A stretch of DNA of 64,000 bases from Entomortierella parvispora E1425 (lineage: Eukaryota > Fungi > Mortierellomycota). Each line of letters begins with the position of its first letter. Position 1 is the first letter of the stretch. The translations under genes and the position numbers were made by a program. Under the pieces are notes generated by a model. The model was not told where the DNA came from. It worked only from the letters and a program-made list of their open reading frames with translations, and did no database searches. Positions 51,400-62,723 of the stretch are shown one piece after another. The stretch is taken from positions 2,666,001 through 2,730,000 of the forward strand of contig BQFW01000002.1 in the NCBI GenBank assembly GCA_020891255.1, given 5' to 3'.

Positions 51400-54300
51400 A
51401 TGGCCACTGCACAGCTACGGATGCACCCAGCGCATCTGACGACGCCCGTCACCGCACTTGCCTATCATGATAATGAAATCTTGCTCTCCGGTCAAGGACC
51501 ATATATGAAAGCCACTCTAATTTCGACCTCAGAAATGCTGACCTGTATACATTTGGGTTGTGGTTGGAAGGTCCACAGGATTGTTTTAGGTACAATGTTG
51601 CGGCATTGAATCCGCTATCATGGGGCCGCCAAGATTACTCAAACTCTAGTGCATTTTCTAATGAGATAACATCATTTTCGTCTCATAGCTAATGTACAAA
51701 CATTCTCAGAGACTTCAGAGGCACGGTTACTCATGGTTTTCGGAGCCAAGAGTCTTCGGATCATGCGTCTTTGTGTGGATCGGAGCAACAACTCAAGTCA
51801 ACCCAAAGTTTTCTTTCAGCACTTGTGGAATGTCATTCATATGAAGGATTGGATTGTTGATGCCCAATGGTTGTGGCCAAAGGAGGAACTTCCAGGCGAG
51901 GTACATATTATATTTTTAATTTCTTGAAGTTTCAACACTTGAGATCTTGTTCTAACAAGACTTCGTTTTAGTTTCCCACCACCAGATCCAGCCTGAGGCC
52001 AAACATGAAGACTCCACCCACCTCCATTGCACTTGGATACGCCCACAATTTTGTTGAGGTTTTTGACTTACCACAGAACCCTTTCGAAATTCCGCGGGAG
52101 GAGAACCCGCTTCTGATCGATGACAGCCTTTCGAAATTCCGACTCACATATTCAGTTCAATCGGAGGAGCACTGCACAGTCTTCTGCGGACGATTCCATA
52201 ACAACACGTTAGAGGACCTTTGGTTCGTGAGTGGAACCGTATTCTGTCATGCTCTGATCTGGAAGGTTCATCAAGAAGAAGGCGTGGAGGCCCCTGTTGT
52301 GAAGAGCTTGGTTGGACACGAAGGAATTTTGTTTGGAATTCGATGGAGCGACGATGGCAAGGCTGTTTGTACTGTCAGCGATGACAGGACGATTCGCGTC
52401 TGGGATATTACAAATCCTACCACAATGTACGTATTACGAAATGGAGCAGCTGGATAGAAAAGATTCCTGTTTGCTTTCGGCTTCTAATATTTCTTCCTTT
52501 GCTCTCTAGTACCCATTCGACACATTTTGGACATTCTGCAAGAGTTTGGGATTGCCAGATCGTCGGACAATACCTGATTTCCATCTCCGAGGATGCATCG
52601 TGCCGTATCTGGAGAAACCCTCTGTTGAGCAAACTCAGCGAAAAGGATGATATGTCGGATTGCCTCGCATGCTGGGAAGGCCACGAAGGAAAGAGCGCTT
52701 GGAGTGTAGCTGTATCTGACCACGGAGTCGTTGCTACTGGTGGAGGAGACGGCGGTATCCATCTTTGGCGTTTAGACAGCATCGTTGCTGGGTCAACTGG
52801 TATGTAAATGTCATTGCTGCGAAGGGATTTACTTTTTGAACTGGTGTATTCACCCTGCAATTTCTTATCAATTTAGATGCGGAACAGTACACAAAGGATG
52901 TCGACTTGCCAGCAATCACCGCGTATTTCCCTGAAGCTGCTACAAACGAGAAGGAATTTGTCCGCGACTTTGCCATCATCTCGGAAACAGAGTCAGTTTA
53001 CGCAACAAATACTGGATATATTTTACTGCGAAACGACACGAACGATACATGGCGGACGCTCTATCATTCACCAATATTCAAGAACTATGCGAGTTTGGAA
53101 GCGTCATCCTGTGGCCGGATCGCAGTCGCAGGATGCTTAGGAGGAAAGATGGCTATTGTTAGTACGCGCAGTGAGTTTGAGACTCTGGTTGCCGATACCG
53201 TTGGCGGTATCAAGATCCAGTTTGTGTTTGTGCTGAGTGGGACGGACAAGGATAATTTCCGGATAGTCGTCTTCAGGGCCAACTGTACCGTAGGAGTTTT
53301 CCAACTGGATATCTCTTCACAATCCCAGGAAGCCAGACACCGACACTTGTGCGAGTTGCGACTTCCCAACAACAACAAGGCGATCCACGCAGCCTACTAC
53401 TCTGCTCGTTACAACTTGACTCTCCTTGGCTCTAGAGACGGCACTCTCCTTGTTTATAATATGGGAGAATTGGACACTTACGACCAGGCTATAACTTTGG
53501 ACAGCATCATCGAGCTTCGAAAGTGTCACGGCAACGAATCCGTTTCCAGTGTTTTGATGGTCACTGAGGAGGGTGAGGGAATTGATGGCAAGGATCGCAT
53601 CATTGCCTATTCAACTGGTCGTGATGGTAGTTGGACCAAGTACCGCTTTTTGGGCCTGCCAGGCGGCGAGACAATAGGATCCGAAAATGACGACAAGGAC
53701 CATACCGATGATGAGGGAGATGATGATGTCGACGCGATGGATCATAGCGGAGATGACGAGGATGTAGTCGCCACTTCCCCTGAGCCAAGATCTAGAGAAT
53801 CTACTCCTGGAGACCATGAGGGTGGGACGGACATTGTGCTGCAGAAAATCTTCAGGTCAAAAATTACCAAAGGATGGTTAGAGCAGGTAGGGCCGATTGT
53901 AGATGAAAATCCGGGCGGGATCTTTCAGCCGTTGAATGTACTCACATGTGCTCCATCTGGGTTAGACTTTCATTATGGACGGCGAGCTCCTCTTTTTGGG
54001 ATTCTTCAACAAAAAGCTATTCGTCTACAACGAGTCCAAGCATTTCGAGGTAAATCTACCACCCCAAGGATGCAAAGCAAAGTATGCCTATGAATGAGAT
54101 ACTCACATCAGTTTTCAATAGATCTTTTCTATGCATAGTGGAGCAGCGAATCGCCGTCGTTGGAGATTTTTAACCAACAATGCCAGATTAGAGCACACGA
54201 GACTTATGTTTTACAGTGGCTACAAGGTATTGTGCTGTACCCTGGTGTTGGCTCCTAGGAGACATGAACATCAAAACTGATATATCCACTCTCTAGATCC

Positions 54301-55800
54301 GTAGCTTTTCGAGACAACTCACAGCGGGATCGGGACTTTTCCAAAGCGCAAAGCTTCAAAATAACTTTCATGGAAGAGAAGTCCGGCATCTGCGCTTTCT
54401 GAATGATGCTGCCCCTCTCGTTAGCGGAGCACCGGCCCCGCTTGTCTTTGCATCTGGAGGAGAAGACTGTCGTCTGCGAATGTTCCAATGTAAGCCATGT
54501 TCTTGGATGAAGCTGTTATTGCCGGTCGGACTCGCAACTACTAACGCGTTGTATCAATGCTACTAGATATCCCATACAAAACAAAGACATCGAGCACGGC
54601 CTTAAGACCTCTTTGCAACCTTAAGCCCCATCTTGGAGCCGCAATTCGTTGTCTTGAGTGGAGTCACACCGACATGCCGCACACCTACCTTCTGTTCACA
54701 GGAGGTGCAATTGAATCCATGCGAGCATGGCAAGTGACTCTGAGCATTCCTAACAGCTACCAGGTCCAACAAGTGGAGGACTTTAATGGAAATATGGTGC
54801 CAGAGCAAACGCCTCTCTCTCTCGGCTGTCTGGAGCGTGCGCAATGTCCTCATGTCAGCGAGAATTTGGAGACCAGAATCATGGATCTTTCTGTGTTTAC
54901 ACTTCCAACTCAGCCATGCATGCACTTTATTGCTTCGGTTTATTCGGATGCTGCGATCCGAGTGTGGCTCTTTGACGAGGTTGCCAATAGCTTTGTTCTT
55001 GCCATTGACACCTCTTATCATGAGAAGTGCATCCTGCAGGTGGCCCATATCCAGGTTGAGGGTGGCATCATGATGCTGACAGCAGCGACCGACGGCAAGA
55101 TCGCTGTTTGGGACCTGACCTCAGCACTGGACGCGTTCTTAGTCAAGTATCATCTCAGAACCAACAAAACCGTTCAACCGATCCGATCCTTCCCTGGAAA
55201 GAACAAGGCGAAGGTACAAAAGGACTTTGCGCAATCCCTGCGCTCTCCTTTGACTGAGCTGATGATTCACCAATCTGGCGTGAACAGTCTTTCTGCCCGG
55301 AACATGGGACATGGTATTGTGATGGTCGCTTCTGGAGGAGATGACAATGCACTAGTTGTTTCACAGATCCAGGCTTCTTGGGATTCCATTGGTCGGGCTA
55401 TTAAAGTCAAAGCAGCTCGTGTGATTGCCAGGGACAACTTTGCTCACGGATCTGCCATTCAAGGTATGTGGAGGCAGAGTGATTTCGTTCTTTATCCCTT
55501 TATTTTTGCAGGCTGGAGTCCGTTGACTAACTTTCTTTTATCGTGGGTTCTCGTCTTTTGATAGCTGTGGCCATCATTAATGACTACGAGATTGTCTCCA
55601 CAAGTCAAGATCAAATGATTTCCCTGTGGAGCGTGGACTTTACGGAGATTGGTGGCGCCTGTCTTAGCAAGCAAGAATCTCAATTTGTGCATGTGCCAGA
55701 CCCGTCCACTATGGATGTTTTACCATCAGGAAATGGTCAAGACCGCACGGTTGCGATTGCGGGTATCGGCATCCAGACTTTTGTTGTGGATGGCCGCTAA
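51400..55800 (+). CDS. WDR6: WD-repeat protein WDR6/Trm734 (Rtt10), multi-exon
   Basis: PVTALAY...LLSGQGPY, GHEGILFGIRWS...VSDDRTIRVW, FGHSARVWD, GHEGKSAWS, RIMDLSV, HQSGVNSL, VASGGDDNAL, AHGSAIQG, HVPDPSTMD. Confidence 0.88.
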
Positions 55801-56306
55801 TGGGTCCTGTAGAATAAATCAATGAAAAAAACATGGATCTGGGATGTGTGAAGCCTAATTTTTGGTGGCGTCGAGGCGTCGAGCATGTTGGTGCCTGTTT
55901 GTTCTTTTTGCTTTCACAGCAGTTGATCTGCCTTCGATCTCAATGTACTATATCCGTAGTGTTGGCCCCATTGGGACTGCCATGAAGGGTAACTGAGGGT
56001 GCCCACGAGGCGCGGGACAGGAATTCCGACGCAGCTTTTCATTTTTAGAACAGGACCTGCAGATATTCACCGATTCAGTCCAGCAAACATTGCCATCTGG
56101 CTAGGTGTCGCGGTACCACTGCTACAATTGCACTGTCCACCCAAGGACATGCGGCAATGACCCAGGATTGAAAGATGCGAAGAAGGCGAGAGTGCAGGCG
56201 ATGGGGGCGGAAGTGAAGGCTGGAGGTGTGGCCACTGAGTTAAGGACGAGGCACTGGGACTCTGTGACGTGCGAATTTGGACGGCCAGTGCTCTTCGTCC
56301 TTTTGT

Positions 56307-56315
56307 CCATCCTCC
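56307..56315. repeat. Left 9-bp target-site duplication CCATCCTCC
   Basis: Identical to 62569-62577 and directly abuts the TIR. Confidence 0.95.
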
Positions 56316-56869
56316 TAGTCTCGTCACCATCCCCTCCGCCGGTTCACAGGAGAGTCACAAGTGCTGACGCACCTGCCTTTTTAGGCAGCTCTCACTGAAA
56401 ACCTCTAGAGGGGCTGGTCGGCAAGTAAGGTTTCCACTATGACCCTGCAGAGCTCTGTCAAAAAAATAACGGCAAAGTCGAAAAACAGCTCAGTTTTGCT
56501 CATCCTCCCTTCATCATTCACCTCATCTCGCACCATTAATCTATGGTCGCCTTGCCATTCCACTCCCATTCCCCTCCCATTCCCCTGTTTCCATCGCAAT
56601 CTTCCACTCTCAGTGCGTTCTCGCTCTCTTGACGACCTTCATACAAAGCGCCTCCGCCGTTCCCCGTCTCTCAGGTTATTTGTTTTCGCTGAGAAAAGTG
56701 CTCCAGGTACGCCTTCATGGACACGAATATATGAACTAGCACGCTCTGGCCATGGAAACTAACAGCTATTCCCTCTTCTACACCAAAAGCCCAGTCCTCA
56801 ATTGATCCCCCCCGCTCTTCAATTGATCCCTCCGTCCTCATATCCCGTCCAATTGGTATCACGCTAGTA
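56316..56869 (+). repeat. Left terminal inverted repeat (554 bp)
   Basis: Reverse complement of 62015-62568. Mirror ORFs are identical (56439-56762 versus 62122-62445; 56405-56599 versus 62285-62479). Confidence 0.95.
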
Positions 56870-58903
56870 TGCCTCCTTTGTCTGATACTGATCGCGTCAT
56901 AAGTGTCTGCGAAGACAAACTCGGCGTCATCCCCAAGCCCGAGCAATTGGACGTTCTCCGATCCATTATTGATCGGAGAGATTGCGTCTTAATTGCCCCC
57001 CACAGGTTGGGGAAAAACTCTGGCCTTCACTCTTCCACTATTTCTGTGGAGTGACGCTGCCATCCTTGTAATAACACCTCTTAAGGCTCTTGGCATCGAA
57101 CAAAGAGACAAGCTCAAGAATCTCAACATCGAATGTGTCAGTATCACGGAGGATGATAAGGATATCAACGCCTCCAAAGTCCTCCAAGGTGGATATCGGG
57201 CAATTTTTCTATCTCCAGAGATGCTTCTTGAATCCAAACGATTAAAGGGTCTTTGGGAAAACAGCAAATGGGCTGAAAGCATACGCGCTGTTGTTGTTGA
57301 TGAAGCCCATTGCATCCACGCCTGGGGATCGTCATTTCGCCACGCTTTTGGGGAGCTTGCTAAGTTGCGCTACAGGCTAAACAATCGAGCACCTTTCATA
57401 GCTGCCTCGGCTACACTTCCCAGATCAATTTTGAAGACTACAATACTATCACTGGACATGATGAACCCGACTATCATCAACATCGGTAACGATCGACCCA
57501 ATATCATGTACAAGGTCACTTCATTTAAGGAGGCCGTATCATCATTTAAAGATCTCCTTTTCTTGAAGGACAAGGCCAAGACCATCGTTTATTTCGACAA
57601 CCGGGATTTAGCAGAGCAAGCTGGACACCTTCTACGCACTTGGTTCGGCCAAGAACAAGTTCGGGTGTATCATGGTTTCAAAACCGATGATCTCAAGAAT
57701 CGTCGCATGAAGGAGTTCCGTGAAGGCAAATATCCTATTTTGCTAGCAACGGAAGCCGCAGGTATGGGATGTGACATTAGGGATATCGCTCGTGTTGTCC
57801 AGTATGGCTACCCTCGGGATATAAATTGTCTTTTTCAGCGATTTGGACGAGCTGCAAGGGACGGCACAATCCAAGGATACGGTATATTTTTGGTCCCAAA
57901 ATCGGCACCAAAAGTTACCCCCAAAAAAAAAAGATCCCGTTCAGCAAGATCTTAAAGACCTTATTGACCTAGCGAACTCTCCTGGATGTATCCGAAAGTA
58001 TTTTAACGATTACTACGGGAACGAGCACGTCCCAGTTACGGACGTGTGCTGCAATATCTGCAATCCGGATGAAGCTGATGACAAGGACGAGTCGTCAACA
58101 ATTCAGCCAGCAGACAAGGCATCGAAACGAGAGAAATGGGATAAGAATGAGGCGGAACAAGTCCGGAATGCGCTGATAGTATGGAGGGATAATATGTATG
58201 ACTTGCACTTTAAGGGCCGCATGCACGACACAGAACAAACGGTCATGACCGACTACATGTTAAACAAGACCGTCAAGAAGTACAAGAGTATAATTGCTGC
58301 CAGATCAATCGACATGCTATACTGGGACCCACTGAATGAAACATATCCAAGCCAGGTGCTAGAGATCATCATGGGTTTGGGCAAGCAATTCTTGGAGGAG
58401 AAGGACGAGAAGGAAAAAAAAATCGCCAAGAAAAGGAGCGACGGCGGCAATTTGGAATGGCCCCATCTTTTCAAATTCCTCCTTTGATCAGTGCCACAAC
58501 GGATCAGCAGGAAATGCAAGTCGTTTCCACAGCCAGTCGCGACCAGCAACAGTCAGACCAACTAATAAGTGAAGATGAAATGGAGATTCATTCGCTGCAG
58601 GACGGCTATGGCCAGCGGCAGATTGATCAAAACCTTCCACCGCAACAAGTCAAGGAAAGCAAAAATCTCACGCAATTGCTGCTTAAACCCCCGAAAACAC
58701 CTCCAAAAAAAACGAAGGCGATACGAAAAAAGGGAGGAACAGCAACAGAGAACAACCCTTCGTCTAAACAAAAGGAACTCAAGGTAATCCAATATTTTCT
58801 TCCGCCATCACCACAGAGAAGCAATCAAGTTCAAGACAATACTTCCACGCCTCCTACAATATCAATTATTCAACATTTCGGCCCCTCTGCTCTGAAGCGG
58901 TGA
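56869..58903 (+). pseudogene. Transposon-encoded RecQ-like SF2 helicase, interrupted by three homopolymer frameshifts (may be assembly error)
   Basis: APTGWGKT, VVDEAHCI, SAT, ATEAAGMGCD, QRFGRAARD, Zn-binding CIRKYF...CCNIC and an HRDC-like RNALIVWRD. Frame breaks at C6 (~56996-57001), A10 (57923-57932) and A9 (58414-58422). Confidence 0.85.
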
Positions 58904-59484
58904 CAACTATAACAGCACTTCAAATAGAAATAAAAAAACCTCGCTCATGAAAGTCGAGGAGGTGGAGGTATACTACCGGCAGCCTGCACAAACGTTGCAG
59001 TTGGGCAAGGGGACTGGGACTGGGCGAAAAAGAGAACCGGTGCACTGCGTCTCTCAAAAGAAAAAAAGCCAGTGCGCCGAACTGGTTCACTGCTCTCACT
59101 CAATTTTTTTTCTTCATTTTTTCCCTGGACCAATTTATTGAGGCTGAGAAGGGTCGAAACAAGAAAACAGAGACCTCAAAGAGTAGTATGAGAAAACAAT
59201 GTCACCAACACCAGTGACATCCCTTGGAGGATTGGAAGCAAAAGAGAGGAGAGGGATCTGTATTTCAGCTCAGGCTGCGTACGATCAAAGCAATGGACCG
59301 AGAAAAATTTCCGGAAAAAAAAAATCACTAGAACCACGGTTCCAAAAATGTGCGCCGACCTCGAAAAAAAATGAGAACCGAAGTACACCACAGAGTGGTC
59401 CCAATCCAATGGACAGATACTTGTCGGCAGGGGCGCCGTGTGGCTCTGCGGTTAGATGTACATTGCAGGGAGGTGCTGCTTTAT

Positions 59485-61911
59485 TTAACAAAAGTTATTT
59501 TCAACGAACTCGTCCAGGTCGAATTGTGAGATGTCGAATTCAGGAAACTCTAGTGCTTCATCATCAGCAATTGTAGGGCGTTCCTCGTCCATCTCAGCAT
59601 CTTCCTCCTCCTCCTCCATCTCGACATCCATCTCACCAGCGTCTTCATTACAATAGCGACCACAGCATTTCTTGAAAACAGCAATTCGACGCTTATCTAC
59701 AATATTATTGCGTCCCTCTGCCAAAAGATCTCTCACAGCAGGAACCACAAGATCAGGAGATATATCGTCATGCGTGAAAAAGCCAGCCTCGATGCACCGC
59801 TGCTTAATTATATCGATGTCCGCCACAGAGGATGGAGCTGAGTGGTTGGTTCCACAATGAGGCGTTTTGAACATTTTCTCGACCGTCCTCGCAATCTCCT
59901 GGAACGTGCGAACGTTTGGCGCAATTTTTTTCTCTAAAATACCCCAGTTCAGATTGCTGGACTTTGCCGCGTGTCTGATTTTTGTAAGAAGATTGTTGTG
60001 CTCTTGATAAAGGTCGGTGGGTATCCATCTGTTTGGTTGTCCAGTAGTATTAACTAGCATCGAGGATAATATGGTATTCCTATCCTCTGTCTTCCAAGAA
60101 TAAAAGAGGCCACAGTGAAGTCGTAGAAGCTCATTTGCGTAGTTTCTATTGCCTCCAGCTTGAAAGGTCAAGGTAAGCCATCGGATCATCTCCAGAATTC
60201 GCCCTATATCCCCTGCTTTGATCGCTGATCCCAGCTCAATGTAGAACAGCATGTCCCGAATGAACAACGCGGCGTTGACTGACTGCTGATTTGCCATGCC
60301 ACCAAGGCCTGTTGCTGTCAAATATTGGCCGATGATACCGTCAACCTTATCCATGACATCCATTGATGAGTGAGGCATCTGTCCGGAGGACTTGCTGGAC
60401 AATTCCTCTTCACTCTTGAGCTTGATTTCCCAAATGAGCAAGACTATGGCATCAAAAACATGGCGAAGAAATTCATCAAGATCATGGAAACTAGACTTGT
60501 CTGGGCTGATCCGCTTTTTTTCCAAGGCCGCGACGAAGGAGCTGAGCGATCCAGGTGTTGTTCGAGTGCCCCAGTGCGTCTTCAAAATTGTTGATGCCAG
60601 AACCATCTGAAGATGAAAAAGTTGAAGGACAGGGATTGCCCATTCCACACGGTAGTACGCCAAGTCCTCATCCCATCGTAATCTTGCTACACTTCGTATT
60701 CTGGCCAAGGTGAGTTGATCTCCTGCAACAACAAGACGCGTCTGATCAAAGAAAGTCTCTGGCGAAAGCTGAAGCACCTTCATGATCTTGTCAAGAATAT
60801 CCCTGTTGCCTTCCACGGTTGACTGGTCAATGTGCATGGATGGAAGTGGGTAAGCTTTGGTTCTCTCCACTTTGAGTTTGTTCTTGACTGGCTCAGGAAT
60901 AGGGTTTTTGAGAGATATGGTTCCTCGTCTTCGCAGCGCCTCAATCAGATGATAACGGTATGTTTCCTTCAAATGACTGTCCTGTTCTTTGGAGGGGTAC
61001 AAATCGGAGGCACGTATATGCCTCGTGGCATCTTGCACCCCTTCAACAGCAGGCATCTCAGAAGTGAGAATTGCCGTCGCTGTGGCACCATTTTCGAATG
61101 AATCTTTGTTTGTCGTTCTCTGATTGTAGCGCCGAAATGCCATGTTGATGTTATCGTACACAATCATGAACGGTTGTTTCCTGTCCTTCAAAATTGACTG
61201 GATTTTTTCTAAATGTGCCGTGGTCAGATGATCCAAGCCCTCCATAATCCAGTCAAAGCTATTGCTGAGTCCAGCTCTTTGGAGAACACTGACCAACGAC
61301 TTTGTAGCACCCTGGCTATAAAAGTAGAGACTGAAGATACCTTGGAGGAAATTTGCCCGTCTATTCCACGTCCTGAGGACGACACTGGCGACTACAGGGA
61401 CGGCGGGGATTTCTGGTTCGAAAGGTGAAAGCCTCTTGTCGTTTATGAGACCACGCAGCAAGGCTAGGGATATGGGGGCATGCCCCTCCATTTCTCGCAG
61501 GATATTTTCGAGGCGGAACTGTTCCAGAGCTTCCCCGGTTACTGCAGTGGCAGGGAGCCCAATATTCATGGTATGGCTGGCTCGTTCGATTTCTGGCCGT
61601 GCGAACTTCAGCACGAAATCCATGGCAGAAGTCAATAGAGTTTTAGAATGGTCCTTCTTGATGCTGTCCTTCCAGATATCGAAGCAACGGGCGGGGCATC
61701 CATGTGCGAGGAAGTGATCAACTTTTCTTTTCACCACAATGTCATCTGAATTGAGACAGGCTTCAATGAACGAACCAAACGAAAGCCCGCAATCTCTGAT
61801 ATACTCTAGAATAGCAACGAGATTTTTGCCTTGGTCCTCAGAGACAGGCCTCTCCTTTGGTTGTTTGACCCACTGGCTTCGGGGAATGCGACGATGAAGA
61901 GATGTGACCAT
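59485..61911 (-). CDS. Academ/DUF6589-type DDE transposase (808 aa, intact)
   Basis: Uninterrupted ORF with candidate catalytic motifs IVYDNIN, GDQLT, LFHLQM and TDLYQEHNN. Lies inside the TIRs. Confidence 0.85.
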   Translation of the reverse strand: MVTSLHRRIPRSQWVKQPKERPVSEDQGKNLVAILEYIRDCGLSFGSFIEACLNSDDIVVKRKVDHFLAHGCPARCFDIWKDSIKKDHSKTLLTSAMDFVLKFARPEIERASHTMNIGLPATAVTGEALEQFRLENILREMEGHAPISLALLRGLINDKRLSPFEPEIPAVPVVASVVLRTWNRRANFLQGIFSLYFYSQGATKSLVSVLQRAGLSNSFDWIMEGLDHLTTAHLEKIQSILKDRKQPFMIVYDNINMAFRRYNQRTTNKDSFENGATATAILTSEMPAVEGVQDATRHIRASDLYPSKEQDSHLKETYRYHLIEALRRRGTISLKNPIPEPVKNKLKVERTKAYPLPSMHIDQSTVEGNRDILDKIMKVLQLSPETFFDQTRLVVAGDQLTLARIRSVARLRWDEDLAYYRVEWAIPVLQLFHLQMVLASTILKTHWGTRTTPGSLSSFVAALEKKRISPDKSSFHDLDEFLRHVFDAIVLLIWEIKLKSEEELSSKSSGQMPHSSMDVMDKVDGIIGQYLTATGLGGMANQQSVNAALFIRDMLFYIELGSAIKAGDIGRILEMIRWLTLTFQAGGNRNYANELLRLHCGLFYSWKTEDRNTILSSMLVNTTGQPNRWIPTDLYQEHNNLLTKIRHAAKSSNLNWGILEKKIAPNVRTFQEIARTVEKMFKTPHCGTNHSAPSSVADIDIIKQRCIEAGFFTHDDISPDLVVPAVRDLLAEGRNNIVDKRRIAVFKKCCGRYCNEDAGEMDVEMEEEEEDAEMDEERPTIADDEALEFPEFDISQFDLDEFVENNFC

Positions 61912-62014
61912 ATTTTTTATCGTGGGGGGGGGGGGGCTGTCAACAGGACGGGAGAACTGATATCGGCCGTTAGAACAATGATTTTTTCATCAAACGCGAA
62001 AAAATCGCGAACTT

Positions 62015-62568
62015 TACTAGCGTGATACCAATTGGACGGGATATGAGGACGGAGGGATCAATTGAAGAGCGGGGGGGATCAATTGAGGACTGGGCTTTTG
62101 GTGTAGAAGAGGGAATAGCTGTTAGTTTCCATGGCCAGAGCGTGCTAGTTCATATATTCGTGTCCATGAAGGCGTACCTGGAGCACTTTTCTCAGCGAAA
62201 ACAAATAACCTGAGAGACGGGGAACGGCGGAGGCGCTTTGTATGAAGGTCGTCAAGAGAGCGAGAACGCACTGAGAGTGGAAGATTGCGATGGAAACAGG
62301 GGAATGGGAGGGGAATGGGAGTGGAATGGCAAGGCGACCATAGATTAATGGTGCGAGATGAGGTGAATGATGAAGGGAGGATGAGCAAAACTGAGCTGTT
62401 TTTCGACTTTGCCGTTATTTTTTTGACAGAGCTCTGCAGGGTCATAGTGGAAACCTTACTTGCCGACCAGCCCCTCTAGAGGTTTTCAGTGAGAGCTGCC
62501 TAAAAAGGCAGGTGCGTCAGCACTTGTGACTCTCCTGTGAACCGGCGGAGGGGATGGTGACGAGACTA
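62015..62568 (-). repeat. Right terminal inverted repeat (554 bp)
   Basis: Reverse complement of 56316-56869. Ends GGTGACGAGACTA. Confidence 0.95.
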
Positions 62569-62577
62569 CCATCCTCC
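62569..62577. repeat. Right 9-bp target-site duplication CCATCCTCC
   Basis: Identical to 56307-56315. Confidence 0.95.
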
Positions 62578-62723
62578 TGCTTTTGTCTTTTGACATTACT
62601 CCATTCCGCCTTCTTTCTCCCTCTTCCTCTCTGCCCTCTACCATTGGGCTCTCTCCGTTTCTTCTTCATCCCCATCAGCCTCCGCCGCCACTAGCCCCTG
62701 TGTTGCCTGAACATTGACAGAAA

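Larger units (their letters stand above)
56316..62568. mobile_element. Full-length AcademH-type DNA transposon (6,253 bp)
   Basis: 554-bp TIRs with TAG...CTA termini, 9-bp TSD, and convergent RecQ-like helicase and DDE-type transposase genes. Confidence 0.9.

Noticed and set aside
56405-56762. Short ORFs (64 and 107 aa), mirrored at 62122-62479
   Set aside because: They are identical only because they lie inside the TIRs. No protein similarity.
56869-58903. Host RecQ/SGS1 gene
   Set aside because: It lies within TIRs and a TSD, lacks the long Sgs1 N-terminus, and is paired with a transposase.
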